A stretch of DNA of 64,000 nucleotides, from positions 4,319-68,318 of the forward strand of contig JACRPZ010000017.1 of the NCBI GenBank assembly GCA_016222905.1, in the 5' to 3' direction. The translations under genes and the position numbers were made by a program. A model generated the notes under the pieces. That model was not told the DNA's origin. It did not search any database and worked only from the letters and a program-made list of their open reading frames with translations. Of the stretch, positions 9,210 through 18,625 are shown piece after piece. The stretch is from Nitrospirota bacterium (GTDB taxonomy: Bacteria > Nitrospirota > Thermodesulfovibrionia > UBA6902). Within the stretch, counting starts at the first letter, position 1. Each line of letters begins with the position of its first letter.

Positions 9210-10190
9210 ATGCCTATAATTAAGGTCGAAGGCCTTTCAAAGAAGTTCGGGGAGTTGACTGCTGTCAACAACGTCTCTTTTGAAGTAGAAGAAGGGGCCA
9301 TCTTCGGTTTTTTGGGGCCCAACGGGGCAGGCAAGACAACCACCATCAGTATACTCTGTACGCTGCTTTCGCCGACGTCCGGCCGGGCGTCCATCGCCGG
9401 GCATGACTGCGCAAAAGAACCCTCGGAAGTTAGAAAAGCCATAGGGATCGTCTTTCAGGACACAACACTCGACAAGGATCTAACGGCATATGAGAACCTT
9501 ATGTTCCATGCTTACCTCTATGACGTAAAGAAGGGCGAGATGAGAAAGCGCATCGATGACGCGCTGCACTTCGTCGGACTGTTCGAAAGAAGGGACGACC
9601 TCGTGAAAAAATTTTCCGGGGGGATGAAGAGGAGGCTCGAAGTGGCGCGGGGAATTATCCACAGGCCCAGGGTACTGTTCCTCGATGAGCCTACGCTCGG
9701 GCTGGACCCTCAGTCGCGCGCAAACCTGTGGGAGTTCATTATCGGGCTTCAGAGGGAATACAATACGACTATCTTTATGACGACACATTATATGGAAGAG
9801 GCCGAGGTCTGCAATAAGATAGCGATCATCGACAACGGGGATATCATAGCGTCCGGAACACCGGATGAACTTAAAAAGACGGTTGGCGGAGATGTAATTT
9901 ATATCAACACCCCGGACAATCAGAAGGCAAAACTTGAAATAGAGAGGTTGTTCAATGTTGCGGTCACCGAGAAAGACAATGAACTGTTTCTGCCGGCCCT
10001 GAACGGCGACGCCTCCATTCCTGAAATTATAAACGCTGTAGGAGGAAAAGTCCTTTCCGTAAGGCTTCAGAGACCCACGCTGAATGACGTCTTTCTGAGA
10101 ATGACAGGCAGGCAGATCAGGGAGCAGAACGGGTCTGCCGAAGATACGGTCAGAGAATCGGTCCGGGCTTACAGGAGGCGGCATGGTTGA
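9210..10190 (+). CDS. ABC transporter ATP-binding protein
   Basis: Walker A GPNGAGKTTT, signature FSGGMKRRLEVARG, Walker B VLFLDEPTLGLD. Confidence 0.9.
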   Translation: MPIIKVEGLSKKFGELTAVNNVSFEVEEGAIFGFLGPNGAGKTTTISILCTLLSPTSGRASIAGHDCAKEPSEVRKAIGIVFQDTTLDKDLTAYENLMFHAYLYDVKKGEMRKRIDDALHFVGLFERRDDLVKKFSGGMKRRLEVARGIIHRPRVLFLDEPTLGLDPQSRANLWEFIIGLQREYNTTIFMTTHYMEEAEVCNKIAIIDNGDIIASGTPDELKKTVGGDVIYINTPDNQKAKLEIERLFNVAVTEKDNELFLPALNGDASIPEIINAVGGKVLSVRLQRPTLNDVFLRMTGRQIREQNGSAEDTVRESVRAYRRRHG

Positions 10191-10941
10191 GGCAAACGCC
10201 GTTTATGTGCTTATCGCGAGGGACTTCAAAAAGTTTGTGAGGGAAAAAAGCAGGCTCGTTTCCACGCTCGCCCGCCCGCTCATCTGGCTCTTTCTTGTCG
10301 GAGGCGGCATGTCGAGGTTCGTGTCGCCGGGCGATGGCGTCACGTATATGCAGTTCATATTTCCCGGGATACTCGGCATGACGATCCTCTTCAGTTCGAT
10401 ATTCTCTTCCATATCCATTATCTGGGACAAAGAGTTCGGCCTGATGAAAGAGATACTGGTCGCGCCGGTTTCGAGGCTTTCCATCGTTATCGGAAAGGCG
10501 CTCAGCGGCACCATCATCTCCACTATACAGTGCGCCATTATCCTTTTCCTCTTTCCTTTTATCGGCATCAAACTGGGCCTGACGGCTATACCTTACACCA
10601 TAGCGATTGCCTTCCTCCTTGCGTTCTGCATATCCGCGCTGGGCATCGTCATCGCTACCTTCATCGAGAACATGGAGAGTTTCAGCGCCATCATGAACTT
10701 CATAGTGATGCCAATGTTCTTCCTGTCCGGGGCCATGTATCCTGTGCAAAAACTTCCCGATATTTTAAAACTGGTCGCGAAGCTGAACCCGCTGACGTAT
10801 GGGATAGACGCGCTGAAGCATTCCATATTCCGGGGCTCCGTGGTGCCCGATTTCCCGCTCCTTGCGGACCTGGGCGTCCTGGCAGTCTCGTCAATCGTAT
10901 TTGTGATCGCTGCCGGATATTTTTTCGAGAGAAAGAAGTAA
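10183..10941 (+). CDS. ABC-2 family transporter permease
   Basis: 252 aa with six predicted TM segments. Overlaps the ATPase gene by 8 bp (translational coupling). Confidence 0.85.
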   Translation: MVEANAVYVLIARDFKKFVREKSRLVSTLARPLIWLFLVGGGMSRFVSPGDGVTYMQFIFPGILGMTILFSSIFSSISIIWDKEFGLMKEILVAPVSRLSIVIGKALSGTIISTIQCAIILFLFPFIGIKLGLTAIPYTIAIAFLLAFCISALGIVIATFIENMESFSAIMNFIVMPMFFLSGAMYPVQKLPDILKLVAKLNPLTYGIDALKHSIFRGSVVPDFPLLADLGVLAVSSIVFVIAAGYFFERKK

Positions 10942-11035
10942 AAGGTCGGTGGCGTCGTCCCTCTTGTATTCCGGCATCATTCCTGTAAACCACAGTGCTT
11001 CTGTGCCACGGCGAAAGCGTTTCCGGCTCCCTCAT

Positions 11036-11100
11036 TACAATAATTACGTTGGGCGTGGACGATCTGGAAAGGTCACTCAAATTTTCGTGACGGACTCGGC
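11036..11100 (+). pseudogene. Orphan fragment of the VOC gene N-terminal region (GVDDLERSLKF...DGLG)
   Basis: ttgggcgtggacgatctggaaaggtcactcaaattttcgtgacggactcggcc matches 5333..5390 of the intact VOC gene, with a frameshift. Confidence 0.6.
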
Positions 11101-11232
11101 CTTCTTCGCTTTATGCTTAAAAAACTCAATTTGTTGCAACCGTTTTTTTGCTTCCTCCAAAGTCTTATACGTACCCATGTTCCTTCCACTTTCAGCAACC
11201 ACCCGATAGCCGTCTTTAATTTTGCGAATCAT
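11074..11232 (-). CDS. Small hypothetical protein (52 aa, MIRKIKDGYRVVAESGRNMGTYKTLEEAKKRLQQIEFF...)
   Basis: GGAGG RBS 6 nt upstream. Not in the ORF track because it is under 60 aa. Its 3' end runs into the VOC fragment. Confidence 0.35.
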
Positions 11233-11301
11233 AAAAGCGCCTCCTTCATCCACGTATCTGGAAGACTATTTCCAAATAGACAATCTTTGATTCAATGTTC
11301 C

Positions 11302-11442
11302 TTAACGGACCAGCCCAAGAATACCGATCAGGATGAGATAAATCGCAATGACATAATTCAAGAGTTTCGGCATAATGAGGATCAGGACCCCTGCAATTAG
11401 GGCTGCTATGGGTTGAAGAGGATATACACTAATGGACATCAT
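11302..11442 (-). CDS. DUF3096-like small membrane protein (46 aa)
   Basis: MMSISVYPLQPIAALIAGVLILIMPKLLNYVIAIYLILIGILGLVR has two TM helices, closely resembles DUF3096 family members, and has an AAAGGAGG RBS. Confidence 0.55.
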   Translation of the reverse strand: MMSISVYPLQPIAALIAGVLILIMPKLLNYVIAIYLILIGILGLVR

Positions 11443-11668
11443 ATATGTGCCTCCTTTCCGGTTTTATTTCATATCATCCGGACTCCCTGAATAATCATCT
11501 CGTTGGTCCCGGTAATTTCAATTATCCCAGAAAATCTTCAATTGTCAAGACATCATTTATTTCATTCTCCGGGGCCTGAAGCTTCTAAACTATCAACCCG
11601 GTAATTATCGTTACCCCGGTTTTTATGGTAAAATTAAACTAATTTTTAAAAGCACTTTTGATCAATCG

Positions 11669-12793
11669 ATGAAAAAGAAAATCTTTCTGACCCTGATTGG
11701 CCTGGTACTTTTGGTCGCCATACTCGGCGGGCTTAAGGCGCTGCAGATCCGTAAGATGATCGCAGCCGGCAGCAAGTTCGTCCAGCCTGCCGAACCTGTC
11801 ACGACCGCCAAGGTCACGTCCGGCACGTGGGAAACTCTGCTTCCCGCGGTAGGAAGCCTTACGGCGGTCCAGGGAGTCACGGTTGCCGCCGAACTGCCGG
11901 GAAAAGTGGCGGATATCGCCTTCACCCCCGGCGCAAGCGTCAAGAAAGGGGAACTGCTTCTGCGTCAGGACACTTCCTCGGAGCAGGCACAGCTTCCCGG
12001 CGCTGAGGCGTCATTGACTCTTTCAGAGCGTAATCTGTCCCGCGCCAAAACTCTTGTCGCGAAGGGGATAATTTCCCAGTCCGAGGTCGACACTGCTGAG
12101 GCCAACTTTCAACAGGCCCAGGCGGCAGTGGAGAACCTGCGCAGCCAGATCGCAAAGAAAACTGTCCGCGCCCCTTTCAGCGGCCGGATGGGGACCCGGC
12201 TGGTCAATCTGGGGCAGGTCCTTCGCGAAGGAGACGCGATAGTTTCTCTGCAGACACTCTCACCGATCTTTGTTGATTTCCAACTGCCGCAGCAACATTT
12301 GAGTCAGCTGCATCGCGGGCTGCAGATCAGGGTAACTGCCGATGGCCTGCGCGGCCGGCAGTTGACCGGTGAGATCACCGCCGTCAATCCGCAGGTGAAT
12401 GCGGCTACCCGGTCGATCGGCATTCAGGCCACGCTGCCAAATACGGATGAAGTGCTTCTTCCGGGGATGTTCGTTAATATTGAATTAGTGCTGCCTGACC
12501 GGCGGCCTGTCCTCTTGATACCGGCTACCGCTGTCCTCGACGCACCTTTCGGCGATTCGGTCTTCATAGTAGAGGAGAAACAGGCTGAAGGTAAAAAGCA
12601 TCTTGAATTGCGCCAGCAGTTTATACGTATCGGCGAGAAACGCGGCGATTTCGTAAGCGTCCTCTCCGGGCTGAACGCTGGTGAAAGTGTGGTCAGCACC
12701 GGCGTCTTCAAACTGCGCAAGGGGCAGACGGTGGTAGTTGACAACAGCCTGGCCCCGGAGTTCAAGCTGGACCCGAGGCCGGAGAACAACTGA
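11669..12793 (+). CDS. RND efflux periplasmic adaptor (membrane fusion protein, HlyD family)
   Basis: 374 aa. N-terminal TM, coiled-coil region, beta-barrel C-terminus. Directly upstream of the RND pump gene. Confidence 0.9.
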   Translation: MKKKIFLTLIGLVLLVAILGGLKALQIRKMIAAGSKFVQPAEPVTTAKVTSGTWETLLPAVGSLTAVQGVTVAAELPGKVADIAFTPGASVKKGELLLRQDTSSEQAQLPGAEASLTLSERNLSRAKTLVAKGIISQSEVDTAEANFQQAQAAVENLRSQIAKKTVRAPFSGRMGTRLVNLGQVLREGDAIVSLQTLSPIFVDFQLPQQHLSQLHRGLQIRVTADGLRGRQLTGEITAVNPQVNAATRSIGIQATLPNTDEVLLPGMFVNIELVLPDRRPVLLIPATAVLDAPFGDSVFIVEEKQAEGKKHLELRQQFIRIGEKRGDFVSVLSGLNAGESVVSTGVFKLRKGQTVVVDNSLAPEFKLDPRPENN

Positions 12794-12797
12794 CAAG

Positions 12798-15700
12798 ATG
12801 AAATTCACCGACCTCTTTATCCGCCGTCCGGTGCTGGCGCTGGTCATCAACCTGCTGATCATCATTGCCGGGCTGCAGGCGATTCGCACTCTCAATGTAC
12901 GGCAGTACCCTCGCAGCGAAAATGCCGCAGTCACCATCACCACCGTCTATGTAGGCGCCAATTCCAATCTGGTTAGGGGCTTCGTCACTACTCCGCTGGA
13001 ACGGGCTGTTGCCGCTGCTGACGGCATCGATTATATAGAGTCACAAAGCAGTCAGGGCCTTTCGATAATCAATGTCAGGCTTAAACTTAACTACGACGCC
13101 ATCAAGGCCCTGTCAGAGATCAGCTCCAAGGTTGACCAGGTACGCCGAGACCTGCCGCCCGAGGCCGAGGTGCCGACCATTAACGTGGAATCGGCGGACA
13201 GCCGTTTCGCCTCGGCGTATCTAAGTTTCACCTCCGATATCCTCGCCCAGAACGAAATTACCGATTACCTTGTCAGGATCGTTCAGCCGCGTCTCTCGGC
13301 GCTTGAAGGAGTGCAGAGAGCAGATATTCTCGGGGCCCGTACCTTTGCAATGCGCATATGGCTTAAACCGGAACGGATGGCAGCCCTTAATATCAGCCCG
13401 TCCCAGGTGAGGCAGGCGCTCTCTGCCAATAACGTGCTTTCGGCGATCGGCCAAACCAAGGGCTCGTTGATCCAGGTCAACCTGACTGCCGATACCAATC
13501 TCAGCAGTATCGGGGAATTCAAACGCCTGGTGGTCCGCGAACAGGAAGGCGCCATCGTTAGGATCGAGGACATTGCAGATGTTGTACTCGGGGCAGAAGA
13601 TTACGACGCCGAGGTGCGTTTTACCGGCCAGGCCGCTGTATTCATGGGGATCTGGCCGCTCCCGAATGCCAACTCGCTTGACGTCATAAAACGTGTACGC
13701 GCAGAGATGGATGCGATCCAGAAAGACTTGCCGGGAGGGATGCAGGCACGGATCGCCTATGACGCCACTGCCTATATCGACAATGCTATTAAGGAGGTCA
13801 TTACAACTCTGAGTGAAACCCTGCTGATCGTCGTTATAGTTATCTTCCTTTTCCTCGGTTCACTGCGTTCTGCCGTTATACCTGTCATCGCTATTCCGCT
13901 GTCGCTGATCGGAGCGGTCTTTCTGATGCAGGCCTTTGGCTTTACCGTCAACCTGCTGACGCTGCTCGCTATAGTCCTTTCAGTCGGGCTGGTTGTTGAC
14001 GATGCTATTGTTGTAGTTGAAAATGTTGAACGGCATCTCCGCATGGGCGGATCATCTTTTGACGCGGCGATACTCGGCGCGCGGGAGCTGATCGGGCCGC
14101 TGATAGCCATGACCATCACCCTGGCAGCGGTTTATGCCCCGATCGGCCTGCAGGGCGGGCTGACCGGCGCGCTCTTCCGTGAATTCGCTTTTACCCTTGC
14201 CGGAGCCGTTACCATTTCCGGCATTGTCGCCCTGACTCTGTCGCCTATGATGTGTTCGCGGCTTATGAAGCCGGGGTCCGGCGAACATGGACTGGCAGGA
14301 CGCATAACCCGCGACTTCGGGCGGCTTCGTAATTTTTACGGCCGGATTCTCGATGCCAGCCTTCGCAACCGGCCGGCGGTCTTTATGGTCTGGCTGATAA
14401 TCGGATTGCTGACGATCCCCATGTTTATAATGTCCCCGAAGGAGCTTGCGCCGACTGAAGACCAGGGGGTTATTTTCGGCATCATCGAAGCCTCTGCCAA
14501 CGCCACCCTGGACCAGACCAGCCAATACGCGGCAGCTGCCAACCGTGCCTATATGAGCGTGCCGGAGACCGATTTCACCTTTCAAGTCACATTTCCCAGC
14601 TCCGGTTTCGCGGGAATGGTGATCAAGCCCTGGGATGAGCGGGATCGGACCGTGTTCGAGATCCTCCCGGAGGTGCAGCAGAAACTGTTTGCGATACCCG
14701 GCATCCGCATGTTCCCTGTTACTCCTCCGGCGCTTCCGGGCGGCGGTGATTTTCCGGTCGAGTTCATTATCGCTTCGACTGCGGAACCGGAGCAGATCCT
14801 TCAGTTCGCTCAGCAGATCCAGATGAAAGCGATGCAGAGCGGCATGTTTGCATTTCCTCCTATTATTGATCTTAAGATCGACCAACCGCAGGCGGAATTC
14901 AACATAGACCGCGACCGGGTCGCCTCTTTGGGATTGAACCTGCAGCAGGTGTCAAACGATCTGGGTGCAATGGTCGGCGGCAACTTCGTAAACCGTTTCG
15001 ACATAGCAGGACGCAGCTACAAGGTGATCCCGCAGATCCAGCGGATAGGACGCCTCAACCCGGACCAGCTTCAGCAGATACATATAAGCGGCCCGAATGG
15101 CGAGCTGGTGCCGCTGTCCACTATCGCCACAATCCGCAATTCAACCGTGCCGCGTTCGCTTAACCGTTTTCAGCAGCTCAATGCGGTGAAGATCAGCGGC
15201 GTTTCAGTCCGGCCGCTCGAAGAGGCGCTTAGCTACCTTGAGGACGAGGCAGCGAAGGTCCTGCCCAAAGGCTACAAGCTCGACTACACAGGCGAATCGC
15301 GTCAGCTCCGCACCGAAGGGAACCGCTTTTTACCTGCATTTGGGATGGCAGTGGTCCTGATCTTCCTGGTGCTGGCAGCACAGTTCAACAGCTTCCGCGA
15401 TCCATTCGTCATCCTCGCCGGTTCAGTGCCGTTGGCGATGTTTGGCGCGCTGACCTTCACCTTTTTGAAGATGCCTGATCCGAACACCCCTTTCCTGACC
15501 CACGGCTGGACCACCACACTCAACATCTATTCGCAGGTCGGGCTGGTGACACTGGTTGGACTGGTATCGAAAAACGGTATCCTGATAGTGGAATTCGCCA
15601 ATAAGGCCCAGGAGCGCGGCCTTGACAAACTTGCCGCGGTCCGCGAGGCAGCCGTTACACGTCTCCGGCCGATCCTGATGACAACTGCCGCCACCATCGC

Positions 15701-15887
15701 CGGTCATTTTCCCCTTACCCTGGTAAGCGGCGCAGGGGCCGCGGCGCGAAATTCCATTGGCCTCGTGCTTGTCGGCGGTATGGCAATAGGCACCCTCTTC
15801 ACACTTTTCGTTGTACCGTCGATCTATATGCTGGTGGCGAAGGACCATTCAAGAGACCGCAAAGCTGAGGCAGATGTTCATAGATGA
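12798..15887 (+). CDS. RND multidrug efflux permease (AcrB/HAE1 family)
   Basis: About 1030 aa from the ATG at 12798 (MKFTDLFIRRPVLALVINLLIIIAGL). 12 TM segments and two large periplasmic loops. The ORF-track start at 12738 overlaps the adaptor gene and is less likely. Confidence 0.9.
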   Translation: MKFTDLFIRRPVLALVINLLIIIAGLQAIRTLNVRQYPRSENAAVTITTVYVGANSNLVRGFVTTPLERAVAAADGIDYIESQSSQGLSIINVRLKLNYDAIKALSEISSKVDQVRRDLPPEAEVPTINVESADSRFASAYLSFTSDILAQNEITDYLVRIVQPRLSALEGVQRADILGARTFAMRIWLKPERMAALNISPSQVRQALSANNVLSAIGQTKGSLIQVNLTADTNLSSIGEFKRLVVREQEGAIVRIEDIADVVLGAEDYDAEVRFTGQAAVFMGIWPLPNANSLDVIKRVRAEMDAIQKDLPGGMQARIAYDATAYIDNAIKEVITTLSETLLIVVIVIFLFLGSLRSAVIPVIAIPLSLIGAVFLMQAFGFTVNLLTLLAIVLSVGLVVDDAIVVVENVERHLRMGGSSFDAAILGARELIGPLIAMTITLAAVYAPIGLQGGLTGALFREFAFTLAGAVTISGIVALTLSPMMCSRLMKPGSGEHGLAGRITRDFGRLRNFYGRILDASLRNRPAVFMVWLIIGLLTIPMFIMSPKELAPTEDQGVIFGIIEASANATLDQTSQYAAAANRAYMSVPETDFTFQVTFPSSGFAGMVIKPWDERDRTVFEILPEVQQKLFAIPGIRMFPVTPPALPGGGDFPVEFIIASTAEPEQILQFAQQIQMKAMQSGMFAFPPIIDLKIDQPQAEFNIDRDRVASLGLNLQQVSNDLGAMVGGNFVNRFDIAGRSYKVIPQIQRIGRLNPDQLQQIHISGPNGELVPLSTIATIRNSTVPRSLNRFQQLNAVKISGVSVRPLEEALSYLEDEAAKVLPKGYKLDYTGESRQLRTEGNRFLPAFGMAVVLIFLVLAAQFNSFRDPFVILAGSVPLAMFGALTFTFLKMPDPNTPFLTHGWTTTLNIYSQVGLVTLVGLVSKNGILIVEFANKAQERGLDKLAAVREAAVTRLRPILMTTAATIAGHFPLTLVSGAGAAARNSIGLVLVGGMAIGTLFTLFVVPSIYMLVAKDHSRDRKAEADVHR

Positions 15888-16005
15888 AATGTGGTGGCGT
15901 GGCGATGATCACCATTTATGCTAATGCACTGAACAAGACCAATTTCTTGATTGGATCAACCAGAGATATTTTTGGGGCAGTCTGTGTCGATGAAGGGAGA
16001 GAATA

Positions 16006-17136
16006 TTACCTCAAAACTCCAGTGGCGTATTTCCTTTTCGACAAAGAAGGTCTGGAAGGAATTTTATAAAAAGCTTTTTTATGTTTTTTTGTCTTGCCAG
16101 CATTATACATTTCTCTCTCTTCCTTAACGCTTTGAATATATTCAGGAGTCGCCATTGCAAGCAAATCCTCAACAAAGCCGTCTCCGTTACGCTTGCCTTT
16201 TTGATTTGTCTTTCTTCTTTCTTTCTTCTGAATGACAGATTCAATACTTGAGATATTGCTATATGTTATATCTGAATATCTTGGCGCTTCAAAAAAAAGC
16301 CTTGTGTAGGCAAGGTCACAATATTCTTTATGAGTATCTATCAACAGACAGTCTCTATTTAACGACAGGGCTGCGATACCCGTTGATCCGCTCCCCGCAA
16401 AAGGATCAACCACAAGCCCGCCTTCAGGGGAAAGCAGCTTAATAAAAAAAGATGGCAGTTCCATAGGGAATACCGCTGGATGACCTTTATTCTTTCCAAC
16501 AAGGGCAATGCTGAGAACATTGGACGGGAGAACGGTATTTTTCCCAACCCATCGAGAAAGGTCCCTGCCAAATCCGCTTTGATTAGCTGAATTGTTGCGG
16601 CTCTTATCTCCTTCGCCGAGCTTCTTAAGTCTTGATTCCGCCCAGCCACCCATTGGCATTTTTACAGCTTCCTGATTCATAAAAGGACGTTTGCTTTTTG
16701 CAAGGTGAAAGCAGTACTCCCATCCATCGCGAAGTCTTGTAGGCCAGTAACCGGGCATTGGATTTGTTTTATGCCAGATATAATCATCAATCGCCTGCCA
16801 TCCAGCATCTATAAGTTTTTCAATGGTACGCCAGACAAACCGGTGTCTCACGCCTTCAACCACTTTATCCTTTATATTGATTACAAGACTTCCTTCCGGC
16901 TTTAAGGCGTTCCAGTAAGATTCATGAAAAGTTAGAAACCAATCAGGAAATTTATTGGGATGAATGCTGTCATAATGTTTTTTTCGAGCGTCTGCATACG
17001 GCGGAGATGTGACGATAAGATCAACAGAGCCTTTATAATCGACGAGATTCTCACGACTATCACCATTAATAATCGTGCATTTAGGTCTATAGTCAAAGAG
17101 AACTTCTTTATTTTGATTCTTGTGACTTCTTATCAA
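16006..17136 (-). CDS. Beta-class DNA methyltransferase (SPPY ... DPFAGSGST)
   Basis: 376 aa. LIVTSPPYADA (motif IV) precedes VVDPFAGSGSTG (motif I). AT-rich. Confidence 0.85.
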   Translation of the reverse strand: MIRSHKNQNKEVLFDYRPKCTIINGDSRENLVDYKGSVDLIVTSPPYADARKKHYDSIHPNKFPDWFLTFHESYWNALKPEGSLVINIKDKVVEGVRHRFVWRTIEKLIDAGWQAIDDYIWHKTNPMPGYWPTRLRDGWEYCFHLAKSKRPFMNQEAVKMPMGGWAESRLKKLGEGDKSRNNSANQSGFGRDLSRWVGKNTVLPSNVLSIALVGKNKGHPAVFPMELPSFFIKLLSPEGGLVVDPFAGSGSTGIAALSLNRDCLLIDTHKEYCDLAYTRLFFEAPRYSDITYSNISSIESVIQKKERRKTNQKGKRNGDGFVEDLLAMATPEYIQSVKEEREMYNAGKTKKHKKAFYKIPSRPSLSKRKYATGVLR

Positions 17137-18052
17137 CCTTACTCTCCACTATAAATATTAAAAACTTGTTTCGGTCAATTTTGTCTTCTTTATCAAGAAG
17201 ACCTAAATGTTTTAATTTTTCCTTAAGAAGTTTGGAGCATTCTTCTCTAAATTCAAGTGTCTTGAACGGCAAATAGGCAGCAACCCTTTTAATTGCTTTC
17301 ATATATATTTCAATTGGCCCTCTGCCCGTAACATAAGGGAAAATGAAACCAGGACCCCAATATTCACAGTTTTGAGAATATGGCTGTCCTTCTTTGTTGC
17401 ACTTGATAGCTCTATCTTCATTGAAGCCAGCGATTCTACCTTTTGCTGGAGTCGCAACCCCAACAATACACAAGTATGGACTAGTAAGATTTTTTTCGTC
17501 TTTGGCGATATTTTCAAGACGCCTGATTACTCCGCCAATGTCCTGTCCTCCAACCGTGTCTTTCGATTTTTTCACCGACATATAAAGTCTCAGACCTCTT
17601 TCAAAACTAGGTGTATCTATATCTGCCACAATGTCGCCTTCTCTAGTGCCGTCGAATACTGGCCATCTTTTTCTCATCAATTCAAGAATTAGATATTGAT
17701 AAAACACTCCGATAGTCATTCTGTGTCTTTGCATTTCATGACTTACGGCGTCTAATTCAAAAACATCTTCAGCTTTCAATTGACTGATAAAATACGAGCC
17801 TAAGATTGGGTCACTGCGTTCCCTCAGATGCTTTATACAAGCGCTTACAAGTTTTTCAGGTGTATCTTGTGTCCGTTTAATTTTCCCCTTCTTATCCCTG
17901 ATACATCTGTTAAACGCTGCATCAATAGCCTCTTCAATAATCTTTTCTTTCATTGGAGGAGCTAAAGGCGGGAACAACTTTATATCGGATAAAAGGAAAC
18001 CTTTTTCACGAGGGTAATCTTGCAGTGATGGACCTATTCTCTTTTTTGCCAT
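17108..18052 (-). CDS. Hypothetical protein, candidate cognate restriction endonuclease of the adjacent MTase
   Basis: 314 aa. No recognisable family by eye. Overlaps the MTase start by 29 bp and is co-oriented. Has a possible PD-(D/E)xK-like core (GDIVADID...YMSVKKSK). AT-rich. Confidence 0.4.
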   Translation of the reverse strand: MAKKRIGPSLQDYPREKGFLLSDIKLFPPLAPPMKEKIIEEAIDAAFNRCIRDKKGKIKRTQDTPEKLVSACIKHLRERSDPILGSYFISQLKAEDVFELDAVSHEMQRHRMTIGVFYQYLILELMRKRWPVFDGTREGDIVADIDTPSFERGLRLYMSVKKSKDTVGGQDIGGVIRRLENIAKDEKNLTSPYLCIVGVATPAKGRIAGFNEDRAIKCNKEGQPYSQNCEYWGPGFIFPYVTGRGPIEIYMKAIKRVAAYLPFKTLEFREECSKLLKEKLKHLGLLDKEDKIDRNKFLIFIVESKVDKKSQESK

Positions 18053-18125
18053 AAAATAACTGGAAACTCTTCTTAATTTTACTTGTCTATGACAATTTGT
18101 TCAAGACAAAACATTACATAAAACC

Positions 18126-18170
18126 TTGACATCGTGACATTATGTGCTATATTTCTCTTATAGGCCGATA
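18126..18170 (+). promoter_or_regulatory. Putative promoter (TTGACA-16 bp-TATATT) with a conserved downstream box, paralogous to 5246..5290
   Basis: cttgacatcgtgacattatgtgctatatttctcttataggccgata against ctttgacatcgaaacattatgtgctattatttttcttatagtccgata. Confidence 0.4.
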
Positions 18171-18205
18171 AAAGAACGAATAGTCTATTTATAAGGAGGT
18201 GTGAA

Positions 18206-18550
18206 ATGCCGGTAATTGAATACTCAGGGGTAAAGATCAATGTGGATGATTATGGATATCTTGTAAACTTTGAAGACTGGAATGATAAAGTTGCCTGTGC
18301 GCTGGCTGAGCAGGAGGGCATAGAGGAGCTGACCAAAGACAGGATAGACATCCTGAAATTCATGCGAGAATACTACAAGACATACAAGTTCTTTCCCATC
18401 CTGCGCTATGTCTGCAAAAGCGTCGACCAGCCGAAGACATGTGTAACCGACAAGTTTATAGAGCCTATTATTGCGTGGAAGGTCGCGGGACTTCCATACC
18501 CGGGGGATGAGGTGCAGCTGATGAAAAAATGGGAACCTCTCGGTTTCTGA
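18206..18550 (+). CDS. TusE/DsrC/DsvC-family protein (lacks the C-terminal conserved Cys)
   Basis: 114 aa. The pattern YL..F..W....A..LA..EGI.L...HW.V..F.R.YY and AGLPYP resembles TusE (KIAGLPKP), but no Cys at the C-terminus. Confidence 0.6.
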   Translation: MPVIEYSGVKINVDDYGYLVNFEDWNDKVACALAEQEGIEELTKDRIDILKFMREYYKTYKFFPILRYVCKSVDQPKTCVTDKFIEPIIAWKVAGLPYPGDEVQLMKKWEPLGF

Positions 18551-18625
18551 ACTTACACTTCACTAAAAAATCTTGACCTTGACATCGGGAGATTATATAA
18601 GACAAAGTAAGTTAAGGAGGCGATA

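Noticed and set aside
12738-12797. Track start of the RND pump ORF (overlapping the adaptor gene end)
   Set aside because: The ATG at 12798 gives the canonical MKFTDLFIRRPV N-terminus. The upstream extension has no homology.
15884-16069. 61-aa ORF between the RND pump and the methyltransferase
   Set aside because: It overlaps the MTase 3' end on the opposite strand, has no RBS, and sits at a composition transition.
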